This document shows, one piece after another, positions 30,901-45,900 of a DNA stretch of 64,000 nt. This DNA comes from Acutalibacteraceae bacterium. Lineage in GTDB: Bacteria; Bacillota; Clostridia; Oscillospirales; Acutalibacteraceae. The stretch covers positions 9,824-73,823 of the forward strand of contig JAZRJR010000073.1 of the NCBI GenBank assembly GCA_045645885.1. Direction: 5' to 3'. The first letter of the stretch is position 1. Every line of letters starts with the position of its first letter. Under the pieces are notes generated by a model that saw only the letters and a list, made by a program, of their open reading frames with translations, ran no database searches and was not told the DNA's origin. A program made the position numbers and the translations under genes.

Positions 30901-33900
30901 CCAATGAAGTAGAAGAGGTTAGCAAGTCTTGAAAGGAGCTGATCAACAGGAGTAGCGAGGATTTCGTCTACTTCAGCGATAAGTGCTTCAAGAATGTACT
31001 TGATTGATGAGCCTTCAGCCTTTGAGTATGCATTATATTCTGCCTGAGTCTTAAGGTCTGTAGCACCGAATGCTTCAAGGAGAGGAATGATTGCATAGTT
31101 GTAGCCGTGACCACCCATGATTCTGATGTCAGCACGAGCTGCTGATTTATCTTCAACTGCGATGATAGGCTCGCCTCTGAGAAGAACCTGGAGAACGATG
31201 TCAAGAGGCTGGAGAAGGTCGCATACGAATTTGACAAGAGTATCGTTAAGACCTGTGATCTTCCAATCGAATTCACTTACCATCTTTGACTTCTGAATAC
31301 CCTTGCTGGATGTTACAGTGAATGTTTCTTCACCGATTGTAATCTCAGCAAGACCAGCTTCTGCAAGAACAACTTTCTTTGTTTCAGGCTTAGCTTCTTC
31401 GCCTTCACCTACAGTTACTTCGTAGGTGTATTCATATGAACCGTATACAGGAGCAAGATCATAAATTACAGCCTTATCGCCTTCGCCGATAGTAATCTGA
31501 GCTGTGCCTGCGGGCTTGTAAACTGTTTCTGTCTTAGCTGCTGCATCAGCTGTAGCAGGAATTGTGTATGTGTATTCATACTGAGTATAGTGTGCTTCAA
31601 CTTCTGCCCATGAGATTTCACCATCTTCATTAAGATCTTCTGCTGCTGCAAGGAAGTTCTTGAGTTCTGAACCGAACTTAGCGTCTGCCCAGAGTTCAGG
31701 ACTGAGAGTTGTAAGCTTGATATTTGTGAGCTCGTTTACGTATGCAAGAATTGAATCGATATCAAGTGTTGCGAGTACGGGAACGAGAGCGTTCATAATG
31801 AGGTTTGCAAGATCAGCATCTGCAATGAGACCGTCTACAAGACCGCCGAGTGAGTCAGCACCGGGAACGATAAGTCCGAGAACTGTATTTACAAGAGGAT
31901 CGAGAACTGCAATAGCTGTTTCAACTTCATCCTTTGTAAGTGTATGTCCTTCAGGACTGAAGTCAGCATATGTATCTGTAAGATCAACCTTTGTAATTGC
32001 AGGCTGATTAATCTTGCTGTAAACAACCTTATAGTCATTGAAGAGCATAAGGAGTACGTCAACAAGGTCATTTTCCTTTTCAGCCATAGCTGCAACTGTT
32101 GCGCCGATACCCTGGCTGAGATCAAGACCGATCTTCTTGAGAATTGTCTCGAAGAAGTTCTGATCAAGAACTGTTGTGAGAACATACATGAGCGCATCAG
32201 CTGTATTGATTGTCCAGCTGTCAACAACAGCGTCTACAGCTGTTACTGCTACGTTGTCATATTTAGTGTCTTCAACAACATACTGAGCAAACTGCTTGAA
32301 GAAGTTGTCGGGAAGTACGCTGATTACCTGGAGAACCTTCCAGTAAACAACTGTTCCGTCTTCCTTCTCAACCTTGTGGAACTGAGCACCTGTTGTGTCA
32401 GCCTTCACGTCTGCTTCTGTATATTCAACGATTGTTGATTTGTCAAGGAGCTTGTAATATTTACCTGTACCCTTACCGTCAGCACCCTTAATTTCGACAT
32501 ATTCACCGCTATTTGTCATTGTGGCCTTGCTATATGTCTTTACTGTCTTGTCGGGATTGAGTTCATATGCAGTCTTATGGTAAGCTCTGATACCGCCGAG
32601 GAGGCCGTTGATGAGAGCTACGAGACCTGAACCGTCTTCACCTGCAATATTAAGGATATTGCTGATGTTGAGAGCGTAACCTTCGTAGAGTTCAATCTTA
32701 GCAAGACCTTCGATGAGTACGTCAAGTTCTTCTCTTGAAAGAAGTGACTCTGCAAGCTTGAGAATGTTCATTACGGGAGCAATGAGATTCTGAATGAGTT
32801 CATCGAGATTGCCGTTTGCAAGGAAGTAGCTGAGGTTACCAACAATTGTGAGAATTGAGGTAAGCGGAGCTTCGCAGATTGCATCTACGATACCCTTCTT
32901 ATAAACATCTGTAAGAACACCATCAACTTCTTCTTCAACCTGACAACCGAGAAGAGCATCTACAATATAGCCGATAGCTGTAGTGCTGTTTGCGGCTGTT
33001 TCAGGAAGATTTACGCCGAGTTGCTGAGCACCGAGAGCGTTAAGGAGAGGAACGATTGCATTCTTGTAACCGTTTGCACCCCAGAGTTCAACGCCTTCGA
33101 TTTCGAACTTGAGATTCTTACCTGCGAACAGGAAGTCAAGGATCGGGTTAAGAGGCTTGAGGAGGTCAAGGAGAGAATCTACGAATGTAGTCTGATCTGC
33201 TACATCCCAAGTGAATGATTCATACTTGTCGTATGTCCATGTTGACTTGTCTCCATCCTTGGTTTCAGTAGCATAAGCTGCACGAACGTCAGCCCATGTA
33301 ACTGCCTTCTTAGCTTCTTCTGTTGCATCTTCTGCATATGCCTTAGCAACATAAGCGATGAGCTTAGCATTGCCTGTTGCAGCTGCAAATTCATAAGGCA
33401 TAAGGTCGATGGGAAGAATTGTTGAGATGATTCCTGCAAGCTCTGATGTAATAAGATCTGCAAGGAGAGTATTAAGCATTTCCATGAGTGCCTTATAGTT
33501 GTCAGCTGTGAATGCGAATTCACCAAGGAGCCAAGCTACAAGATCACTGAGAGTAGCCTTTCTGCCTTCTGCATTTTCTGTGCCTTCTTCGATCTTATTC
33601 ATTGCTGCTGTCATCTTACCAAGGAAGCTGTCAGCTTCAGCAGTTGCGCCAATCATAGTGATAATGCCTACTGCTTCACGAGCGATAATTGCATCGAACT
33701 TGTTAATTGCTGACTGTACATTATTCATTCCGTAGTTAAGGTCTGTGTTTGCATAAGCAAAGTCGAGCTTACCAAGGAACTTGTAAATGAAGTCTAACGG
33801 ATAATCATCTTCTGTAAGAGCCTTTTCACCTGTAAGGAGAAGAACTACTACGCCTACAGCCTTTTCAACTGCATCAGGATCTGAAAGGATATCCATAAGA

Positions 33901-36900
33901 ATATTCTTAAGTTCACCGTCTTCAAGGAGACCGTCAACAAGATCCTTAATAGCCTTTGTATTATCCTGAGTAAGGAGTACCTGGAGAAGTGTTACGAAAC
34001 CGTCAACTGCACTACCTTCAATGTTGTAGTATTTTTCTGCATTAATATCATCAGCAGCGAATTCGTAGTTGCCATAGAACATTGCTGATTCGTTCTTAAC
34101 TACTTCGTAAACAGGATTGCCGTTTTCAACAACAGGAGTACCTTCTGCGTCAACACGCTGTGCACCCTGCTTAGCCATCTTAGCTGCAAGTTCAATCCAG
34201 TTAAGGTCAAGACTGAGACCAAGCTTAGTACCGTTGATTTCGATACCGCCAAGAAGGTTGTTAAGAAGAGCTGCAAGGTCTACACCTCTTACATTTACGC
34301 TGATGCCTGATGAAATGCCGGTATGTTCCTTACCGAGGAAGAGCTTAATAATTTCTGCACCTTCAATGCCTACCTGACCAACATCAATCTGGATAGCAAG
34401 CGGGAAGATGGGATCTACTTCTGCAATAAGAGTATTAACGGGAGCAAGAAGGTTTCTTGCAAGGTCGTTGATACTGTCGTTACCAATGAAGTAGAAGAGG
34501 TTTGCAAGTCTTGACATAAGCTCTGATACGGGAGAAGCAAGGATTTCTTCAACTTCTCCGAAGAGTACATCAAGAATGTATTCAAGGTGTGAACCGATTT
34601 CTTCACTCTTTGAGTAATCTTCATATTCTCTCTGAGTCTTAAGGTCTGTCGCACCGATTGCTTCAAGAAGCGGGATAATTGCGAAGTTATAGCCGTCGCC
34701 GCCACGAACAGTAATCTGAGCGGGGTAAGGCTGTTCATTCTTCTTATTGTCAGGTACTACAACGATGTCTGCACCTGCAAGGAGAAGCTCGAATACTACA
34801 TCGAGAGGCTTGAGAAGGTCAACTGCGAACTTCTTAAGTCCATCAAAGTTTTCAATGTTCCAATCATATTCGCTAACCATCTTTGACTTCTGAATAGTCT
34901 TGCTGAGTTTTACTTCAACTTCAGCTGTGTCAGCCTTACCGTCAACATCGTATGTTGTGTAGTCATTCTTATCAAGGATGATTGTCTTTGTTTCCTTCTT
35001 AGCGTCTTTGCCTTCACCGTTTACTACTTCGTAGGTGTATTCGTACTCGTAAACAGGAGCGAGGTCATAAGTCTTCTTCTTGTCGCCTTCGCCAACTGTT
35101 TCTGTGTATGTGCCTTCAGCTGTGGGCTTGTAAACTGATGTAGCCTTTTCAGCGCCTTCAGCTGTGTATGAGTATTCATACTGAGTATAGTGTGCTTCAA
35201 CTTCTGCCCATGTTACCTTACCGTCAGCATTTTCGTCAGCTGCAAGGATGAACTTAGCGATTTCGCTGTTAGCGTTTGCTGTCCAAGCGGAAGGATCAAG
35301 CTTAACGTTGAGGTTGCTGAATTCCTTAACATAGCCAAGGATAGCGTCGATGTCAAGTCCGCTGAGGAGAGGAACAAGAAGGTTCATGAGAAGGTTGCCG
35401 AGGTCTGCACCTGCAACAAGGTTTTCAACAAGACCCTTAAGTGAATCAGCACCGGGAACGAAGAGACCGATAATTGCGGGAACAAGACCGTCGATAGCTT
35501 CGATAGCCTGACCAAGGTTCTGATCGGTGAGAGGATCCTTGGGTTCAACATCTATCTTAGTAATGTCGTTCTGAGCATACTTCTTGTATACAAGAGTATA
35601 GTTGTTGAGAAGCATTGAGATGATGTTGATTACCTTATTCTGATCGCCTGCAAGACCGTAGATGAGGTCACCGAGAACTGTGCCTTCTTCTGCATTTGCA
35701 AGGTCACCGATAAGAGCGATGAAGTCTGCACTGAGAACTGTTGAAAGGAGATACATAAGTGCATCAGCCTTGTCAACTGACCATTTAGTTACAGGCTGCT
35801 TGCCTGTTTCGTCAACACCGAGAAGCTTTTCGTAAACGATTGCATACTGGCTCATCTTTACGAAGAAGTCGCCGGGAAGAGCCTGAGCAATTCTTACAGT
35901 ACCATCTGCACCTGTGATTTCAACCTTGGGAAGGAGGCCGTTGATCATTGAAACGAGCTTACTACCGTCTGCACCTGCGATACCTGTGATATCGTTGAGG
36001 TCCATCTTAATAAGGCTCTTGAGAAGTGCGTTGATATCAGCCATTGTGATACCTTCGGTCTTTTCAGTTGTTGAGCCGTCAGTATTTGTAACTGTTGTCT
36101 TCTTTTCGAAGATTGAAAGGAGACCTGTTACAGGAGCAATAAGGTTGTTGATTACAGTTTCAATACCGTTGTTTGCGATGAAGTATGATGCATTAGCAAG
36201 TACTTCGAGGATTGTTGAGATGGGAGCCTTTTCAATCTTTGTTACAAGACCGAAGATGCCGTCTACAACTGCCTTAAGCATATCAGTTGCTTCTGCAAAA
36301 CTGCCAATGGTATCAGGAATGTCAATGTTCAATGCCTTAGCAAGAGGAACAAGAGCATTTTCATAGCCGTTGCTGCCCTTGAGGCCGAATGTATCAACAA
36401 GAATTGTGATATCTTCACCCATGAAGAGGAATGCAAGGAGAGGTTCAACCACTGCAACGATTTCATAGATAACCTTGAGGAAGTCATCCTTATCAGCGAT
36501 GTTCCATTTTTCTTCAAGGATTACCTTAGTTACATGCTTGCCGTCTTTGTCCTTAACTGCTTCAAGTGTGAATGTCTTGCCTGCATAGTCACCCTTTGTA
36601 GGTGTATGCTCTGTGTCGTTAAGGTTTGCATCAGCAAAGTGAGTTGTTACATACTTAGCTGCAACATAATCGTCGTCGCCTTCTTCACCCTTAGCTTCTT
36701 CAACAAGATATCTGTATTCATACCAAGCGTGTGCTTTAGCAATTTCAGCCCAAGTGAGGTCTGCAATAGTCTTACCTTCAGCGATATGCTTTTCAATAAA
36801 GGCTGCGATTGCGCCGATTTCTGAGTATGACTTTTCAGCTACGCCTGCAGGTGAAATGTCGATACCGAGAACTTCCTTAACAATGTCAACGATTGTTGTG

Positions 36901-39900
36901 AATGTCTTTTCGTCGATACCACCAAGGAGATTTACGATAGCAGCGAGGAGATAGTTCATCATCTTGTCGTTGAATACAAGGTCGTTAAGGAGATAATCTA
37001 CTACTGCCTTGATGTCAGCTTTTGCTGCATCTTCACCAAGACCAACATAGATGTCCTTAATGAGTTCAACAGGTGTTTCAAGGTCATTGCCGAGGAGCTT
37101 GAGAAGCTTCGGAATGAGGTTGTTGAGCATCTTGTCGAATTTGCTGATTGCAGAATTAACTGCTCCGTGGCCACCGTTGAGAGCGCCACCCTTTACGCCT
37201 GTGTAATCATATTCAAGTTCGTCGAGGAAGTAGAATACCATTGCCTTGATAACGCCTGATACGTCGTAGTTGTTAGCAAGAAGCTTGATAACGGCACCGA
37301 TTACTACATCAGGAGCGTCTATTACTTTTTCAAGGAGCTTATAAACTTCAAGAGGAAGTGTTGTAAGGTCAACCTTAAGCATCTGGAGAAGTGCATCGAT
37401 GTTATCAGCAGTGATAATCATAGCAAGAAGAGTTACGATTGTTGCTGCGGGATCACCTTCGATATTCTTACCCCAAACTGCATCTTCAGGAGTGATCTTA
37501 TCCCACTTGGTGTCTACCTTAGAGTTGTTATAAATGATTGCTCCGTTAGCATCAAGCTTAGCTGACTTAGCAGCAATGTCACTGAAATCGAATGCAATGT
37601 CAAAGCCTGCTACGAACTTAGTGAGCACCTTAGCGATAAGTTTTTCAAGAGTTGCGCAATCGAGGTCGAGTGTGAGACCAACCTTTGCGTTCTTCTTAGC
37701 CACATCATCACCGAGGAGAATTTCAGCAACCGAGCCGCCATCGATAAGCTTAATAAGGTCAACCTTAATAGCTACGGGAAGAACACCTTCAACTGCTTCA
37801 ATTACTTCGCTGAGAGGAGCGATGAGATTTGAAACGATTGTTGTTACGCCATCCTTGCTGATTGTGTAAGCAAGGTTTGCGAAGAGACCGAGAACGAAGT
37901 CAAGCGGTGTGTCAAGGTTATCGTTTACAGTATGGAGAATTGTCTCGAGAATGTAACCGAGTGTACCCTTAGATTTGATTGTAGCTTCGTATTCAGACTG
38001 AGTCTTGATGCTGTCAGCAGGAACGTTGAGAGCTTCAAGAAGCGGGATGATAGCATAGTTGTAACCGCTACCGCCCATGATATTGATTTCTTCAAATGCA
38101 CCGAGTGAATCACCGTATGTATTTGTTGTAGCAAAGTTGTAAGTACCACCTGCAAGGAGAAGTGACAGTACACCGTCAAGAGGCTTGAGAAGGTCTGTTA
38201 CAACGTCAACGAGGATATCTGCCTTATCGTTGAGTTCCTTCTTATTTTCAATATCCCATGTAAAGTCAGATTCAACCTTGGTGTTGTGAACTCTTTCAAC
38301 TTCACCCTTTGCTGTGAGAGCGTAGGTTTCTTCGCCTACCTTATATTCAGTAAGCTTGTCATCTGTTGACTTGAGAGTTTCAGTCTTAGCTGCTACATAG
38401 TCATCAGTACCCTCTGTTCCTGTTGCAGGAATTGTGTACTCATAACCGTAGTATACAGTTTCAACCTTTTCGAGCTTGAAGGTCTTGCCTGCATAGTCGC
38501 CTGATGTAGGAGTATGATCCTCGCCGTCGAGATTTGCATCAGCGAACCAAACTGTTACATACTTAGCTTCAACAGGTGCTACATAACCTTCTTCACCCTT
38601 TTCACCCTGAGCTGCCTTAGCTTCTTCTACCATGTAACGGTATTCGTACTTGGTGTAGAATGCTGCAACGTCAGCCCACGTAAGGTCAGCAACAGGAATT
38701 CTTTCTTCGCCTGTTACGTTACCTTCAGCGTCAAGAATGTCTCTCTTAACGTCAACTGCCTTAATGAACTCGCCGAGAGTCTTGCTGTCTGCATAGGCTG
38801 CAGGTGAAATGTCTATATCGTTTTCAAGGTTCACGATATCATTTACATAACCGATAATTTCTGTAATTGTTGACCATGTCTTCTCGTCCATACCGCCAAG
38901 GAGACCAACAAGGAGACAAATAATACCGTTGATAACTTTATCTGTGTAGAGGTTGTCAGCTACAAGCTTATCAAGTGAGCCTACGCCGAGAAGCGCAAGA
39001 ACTTCGGGAAGGAGAGCCTGAAGATTGCTGAGAGCAAGGTCAACGTCTGCCTTGGTTACGCCGTACTTAGCATAATCAGGAGCATCGGGAGAAAGTGCTT
39101 TAGCGGGTTCTTCAATTGCTTCATATGTGATTACATATTCATTGAGAAGCTTGATGAGAATAGCTGATACATTCTTAGTTGCATCGGGGCCCATTACGTT
39201 GTCGATGATTGTCTTGAGAATGCCTTCCATTGAAGCAGTGTCAAGAAGACCGCCAACGAGACCGTCTGCAAGTGCAAACTGAAGAAGACCTGTAAGTGTG
39301 TACTGAGTGTTACCGACAATTGTTGTGATATGGCCGTCAGCTGCAGGTTTAGCAACTGCGTTACCATCAGCGTCAACCCAGATGTCGCCATCCTTCTTAG
39401 CGATAATCTGACCTGCTGCATTTACATATGCATCAAGCTCTGTATCGTAAAGAGCTGGTGATGCTGTTGTTCTTACTGTTTCGATAGTCTGGTAGTCACC
39501 AAGGTAGCCTGCTGCCTTAAGGAGCATATCCTTGCTGATGAGATCCTTACCGATAAGACCGTTGATCATTGAGCAAAGACCGTCTACTTCGATTGTACCA
39601 TCAATCATAACAGCTTCGATTTCAACTTCGCCGTTCTTTGTAAGACCAGCTTCGTCAAGGTAGATTTCTGTCTTGGTTGCGTCACCCTTAACGATGTAAG
39701 CATACTTACCGTTTTCAACCTTTTGTACCTTGCCGGGCACAGTTGAATCATCGAGCTTGAGCATCTTGAGGTCAAGAGGAAGACCAAGTGTATCTGAGAA
39801 CTTGATGCCTTCTTCACCGATGAGAGGTTTAACCACATCGATGAGACCGTTTGCAAGCTGGAGAACTGACTGAACTGCATTGTATACACCGTCACTGCCG

Positions 39901-42900
39901 ATGAAGTAAAGGAGTGAGGGAAGGTATGTTGCAAGGTAAGTTACAGGATTTGCTACAAGATTGTTAACGAATGCGAATACAACGTTAACGATGTATGAAA
40001 GCATATCATAAGCATTGTTGATTGCGCAGAACTGTTCTGCAGTCATAATGCCGTCAGCGTTATCCTCTGCATCATATCTGCCGAATGCAGCGATACCGCC
40101 GAGTGCGTCAAGTACGGGAACAAGGAGTTCTTCGTAGCCGTTTACACCAACAAGCTCGATGTAACCGTTACCGATTTCGTTACCTGTTCTTGAATCATCC
40201 GTGATTTCAAGATGTGTACCGTCCTTATAATACTCAACCATATTTACAGGTGTGTATTCGTTCTTGCCGTGACCAACAAGAGTGAGAATCTTGCCCTGAA
40301 GTACAAGCTGAAGTACGGGGAAGAGAGGTTCAACGATAACTGCAAGAGCCTTGATGAATGCAGCCTTCTTATCGGTTGCATCATTTACGCCCCATTCAAC
40401 GTCAGCAACGTTCTTACCGTCTTCTGTCTTATTGAATTCAGCCTTTGTTACTCGTACTTCTTCACCTTCAACTTTCTTAGTAACAGGTGTAAGAGTTACA
40501 TCGTAAGTTACTTCCTTAGCTGCTTCGCCTTCGCCTTCTGTCTTGGTAAGTTCGTAAGTTTCAGCATCAGCATCAGCAAGGTAAACAGTTACCTTTTTAT
40601 CTGTGTTGTCTTCGTTCTTACCGTCAACATATTCGTAAGCGTAGAGAGGAGTTGTGTCATTCTTAACAACATCAGCCCATGTTGTAGCTTCACCGATGAT
40701 AGCTGCAAGTGTCATTACAGCTGTATCGTTTTCACCGTAAGCCTTCTTAACTGTTGCAAGATAGCTCTGAGGATCAAGCTTGATACCTGTAAGACCGAAG
40801 TATCCGATGATAGTACCAACGATATCAGTTGTGCCGATAAGGTTGATAATGAGAGCTGCAAGTGTATTCACAAGCTCGTCTGACCATACAAGGTCGTCGA
40901 GGAGATACATTGCAATTTCATAAAGGTCAGCAACCTTGTCATCCTTTGCAATCTTAGCGTAATCGTCAAAGATTTCGTTAAGGATTGTGGGTTCCTTGCC
41001 GTCCTTAGGAGCGAGAAGCTTTGAAAGGATGGGAGCAAGTGTGGGAAGAGCTTCGTTGATAACCTTATCGAGCTGTCCGGGAACCTTTTCAGCCTTATCC
41101 TTGTCTTCTTCATCAAGAACATCGAGATGGCTGTGGTCGGGAGTGATGTATTCACCGTAGAGTTCGTTATAAGTAATTGTGTAATTTTCAAAGAGCGCTG
41201 TGATAATGTCTGCGATTACAAGACCTGTGAACTTATTGTCAGCGAGGTTGCTGAGAATAACGCCAAGGATGTTGCTTTCGTCATCCATATCAATGTTTGC
41301 AAGCTTAGCAATTGCTTCGAGAAGTGACTCTGAAAGAACATTGTCAAGAAGGAATACTGCTGAGTCAGCGATGTCAACCTTGAACCAGTCAACAACGTAG
41401 TGAGTTTCAACAACTGTACCCATTGAGTCATTAAAGTCTTTTGCTTCTATCTTGTACCAGTTGCCTTCAGCATCTGTGTAGAAGTAATAGAATCTAGCGT
41501 TAACCTTCTGCTCGTTGATTGTAATTGCATGAGCTGCATAATCTGAGAAGAATGTATCGTCAAGGAGCTTGAATGCTGCCTTTTCATCTTCTGTTGCATC
41601 TTCACCGAGAAGGAGAGGACCAACCAGGTTGTTAATGATCTTAACGAGGTTTTCACCGTATTCACCGCAGATCTTGAGAAGGTCTGTGAGAGCGTATGCG
41701 TTGTATTCCTCGAAGTCAGGAACGGTTACACCGTCAACTTTTTCTGTTGTTACAACATACTTGCCTTCGATAATTTCGCCTGCATCTGTACCTGCAGAAA
41801 TGTAATATGTTTCATCTCTGAATGTGATTGTTTCACTGTCTGTTCTTGCGGGAACCTTAACTTCAGTTTCAACACCGTCTACTGTCTTCTTTTCTGTCTT
41901 GTAGATAGGAGCCTTATAGTTGGTCTTTTCTACAAAGGGAACATTTGTGGGCATATAGTCTGCGAAGATACCGCTGATAGCTGAACCGATGAGGTCATCA
42001 AGAAGATCGCCTACGATGGGATCAGCAAGGTTAAGGAGTGCAAATACGGGTGAGAGGAGGTTGTTGAGAACAACTTCCGGACCGTTACAGCTGATGAAAT
42101 ATGAAAGTGAGGGAAGAAGTGTGAAGATAAACTCAAGAGGACCGTCAGTGAGGGCTTCAATGATTGCAAAGATGCCGTCAGTGATAGCTGTGAGAGTGAT
42201 AGCTTCGCCTCTGCCTGCTTCATAAGCTTCAGCTGATACGATTGTGCCGCCTACCTGGTCAACTGCAAGAGCCTGGAAGAGAGGCATAATTACGTTTTCG
42301 TAACCGTTGTTACCGTGGAATTCAAGAACACCGCTGTTCTTTGTATCTTCGTTGGGAAGGATGTAGAGTGAGTCGCCTCTGAGAAGGAAGTTGAGAATGC
42401 CTTCAAGAGGTGTTACGATACCTGCAAGGATTTCTACGAATGCATTCTTAGCTGCATTGTAACCGCCACGTGAAGCTGCTTTATCGATCTTCCAATCGAA
42501 TGCATCAGCGCCTGTAAGAGCGTTAACTCTTGTTGCACGGACTGTAACCTCTGTTTCAACTTCGTCTACTGTCTTCTTTTCTGTCTTCTTTGCAGGTTCG
42601 CCTGTTGCTTCGTCAATCCAGAGAAGGTTGCCGTCAGCATCAGTAGCCTGCTCGTAACCGTACCATGTCTTGCCGTCAACCTCTGTTGTTTCACCGAGGT
42701 CAGTCTTGCTGTACATGTAGTCGGTTGTGTATGTGTAGAATGTCTTTGTTTCATTTGCTGTGAGTTCATACTTATTGTCGCCCTGTGTGATGATAATCTT
42801 ACCATCTTCAGCGTTAGGCTCAAGCTTTTCGTCAGCATAGTAGTACTGATTCTCGCCTTCAACATCTGTGTATGTATATTCATACTTGGTTTCTGCTGTT

Positions 42901-45900
42901 ACAGTGTTGTGTGAGTATACATATACTCTGTAGTAATCAGCAATGTCAGTCCATGTAACTGCTTCTACGCCCTTCTGAACTTCGAGACCGTCGTCATCAA
43001 GAGCAACATCACCGTTTTCGTCAAGAACGAATTCTGAAGCAGCTGCGTTGATAGCAGGAGCGAGATACTGTTCAATAGCTTCTGATGAAGTTGCTTCCAT
43101 GAAGCCGTAAGGTGTTACGTCGATGCCAACGATAGTGTCAACGAGAGGAAGAACTGTGTTCAATGTGCCAGCAAGATCTTCACCGCCAAGGAGACCCACA
43201 AGGAGACCCATAAGCTCGTTCATTGTCTGGTCGTTGAATGCATAAGCCATAAGGAGTTCATGAACAAGGTCCTTAAGACTCTGACCTTCCTTATAGCCGC
43301 CTATCTTTTCAAGGAGCATCTTGATGAAGTCAACTTCTTCAAGCATAGGAATGAGATCGGGAATAACTGTGAGTATTGAGCCGTCAAGCTTCTTGATAGC
43401 TCTTCTGAGCTTACGCTTTGTAAGTCTGTCGCTGATTTCTTCGTACGCATATTCTACCTTTTCAAATGACAGGTAGTCCATAAGCATTGTTTCAACATCA
43501 TATTCGTTGAAGTATGTAAGAAGAACTACGAAGAGCTGATATCTGTTTTCGCCTGTGAGTGCCTTAAGAATTGTGTCAAGGATTTCACCTTCCTTGATTT
43601 CAACTCCGAAGGATGAAAGGAGGCTTGTGAGCATTTCACCACCGAGGAGAGTCTCTGAAATAATCTGTACAAGAGTATCTGCACGGCTAGCTTTCACGCC
43701 CCAGATCTGATCGTTATTGTCTGCACCGTATTCACGGATTGTGTCTACCTTTTCGATCTTACATGTCTTTTCAAGGATCCACTTGAAGATGCCGATGATT
43801 TCGCCTTCACTGTTATCCTTATCGAGACCGAAGGTCATAGGAGTCTTATTCTTTTCGGGAACAGCCTTAAGAGTGAACTGCTTATCCTTGCCGTTACCGT
43901 TTGTAGGAGTGTGAGTTGCGCCATCAAGGTTATCCTTGTTGAAGTAAACTGTTACAAGCTCATCTTCTGTTGCGCCTTCAACCATTTCCTTGGGAATTGT
44001 GTATTCGTAAGCATAAATCCATGCATTTGCATTGTCAAGAAGACCCTGGAGAAGAGTTTCGAGACCGTTTGCAGTGAGAAGTCTTGTGATAAGACCGTTG
44101 TCACCGTAGAAGCCAGTAACTTCTGCAATGTTGTTGGGCTTCATAAGGTTGTCGTTGATAAGGTCAGTGATAAGACCAACGATATCAAGAGCAACAAGCT
44201 TGTCATCTCTGCCTTCGATTGCTACTTCCTTAGCTGTGATGTCGTTAACCATGTCAACGAGAGTAAGAAGAGGAGCAACAAGCTGTTCAACAGCCTGAGC
44301 AAGACCGTCTGAGTAGATGAAGAATACAAGTTCGGGAACAAGGTCAACAATTGTCTGAATGGGAGTATTAACGATCATTGAGATGAGAGCGTCAATATAA
44401 CCTTCAACAATCTGGGCTGTAAATGCTTTATTATCAAGAGCTGCAAACTCATCCTTGTCAATGAACTCATAGTCACCCTTGTATGCTGACTGAGGATCGT
44501 TCATATACTTAGCAACGCCAAGCATTTCGAAGAGAGGAATGATGAATCTGTCGTAGCCGTCACCACCTGTGATGTGGATACCGTCAAGAGCTACGAGGTC
44601 AGCTTCTGTAAGAAGGAATCTGAGTACAGGTGCGAAGGGAGCAAGAATCTGTGATACGAGTGCGAGAACATCATCATAATCTTCGATACCGAATGAATCA
44701 GTATTCTTGAGCTTGAGTTCGTACTGGTATTCATAAACGATATTGCCTTTTTCGTCTGTCTCTACAACATATGTGTCAGCAATAGCTTCTTCGTCAGCTG
44801 CTGCTGTACCGCCATTGACATACCAAGTGCCATATGCATCGGTCTTTGTTGTGCCGTTTGCATATACGGGGATCTTAGCACCGTTTTCGTCGAGAGCATA
44901 TACGGGAATGGGCTTGCCATTTCCGTCAACTGCATAGAGGTTAAGTGTATCTGCTTCATGAGCAGGTGCAACATAATCTGCTGCAGGCTCCTTGGGAGCT
45001 TCATACTTCTTGATTGACTTGAAGTATTCATATGCATCTGCCCATGTATCGAGCTGTTTACCATCATCAGTTACAAAATATTCAGCAAATGCATCGTTAA
45101 CTGCCTTGAAGTCATCCAGTTCAACGTCTACGCCTTCGATGATTGTGGGAAGAAGACCTACGATCATTGAAACTGTTGCGTTACCGCCGAGAAGATTTAC
45201 AAGGAGTTCTACAAGCTGAGTTGCGAAGCCATATTTGATTTCTTCTTTGCCAAGTTCATTAGTTACCGTCTTGTCCATCATAAGATCGGCAAGGAGGTTG
45301 TGTACCATTTCTTCAAGGTTTGCACCCTGGAGCTTAAGGTCGCCGAGAGCACCTTCGGGAAGCATGCCGAGAACTGCAGGAACGATTGCACCGATAAGTG
45401 AGTCAAAGTCTTTAGGAAGCTTTTCCATCTGTTCCTTATCGAGACCGTTACCGTTTTCACCGTAAACGAGTTCGTTGTTTGAATCGATTTCGTTAAATGC
45501 ATCTTCTGCGTCTGTCTTCTTAACACGAGGATCTTCATACTCGATTTCGTACCATGAAAGAAGGTCGATAAGAAGTCTTTCAAGAGCTTCGGGATCTTCA
45601 AATACACCGTAGAGGAGTACTGTAAGGAGATAGTTGCTGTCTTCTTCAGTAAGAGTTGTCATTGCAGCCTTGCTGAAGTCGAATTTGAGAAGTCCGCCGA
45701 TAAGGTCACGGATACCGTCTGTGAATACGATATCATTAAGAAGGTTGATGAGAACAGACTCACGGTCAACTGTGTATTCAGTTGCTGTGCAAGGCCAGTA
45801 TGAACCACTGCGTCTGTCAGCAGCAATTGTGATTACCTTCTTTGTGCTGCCTGCACGCCATGCTGTTGAAGCAAGGTTGAGGAAGATAAATTCGGGATCA

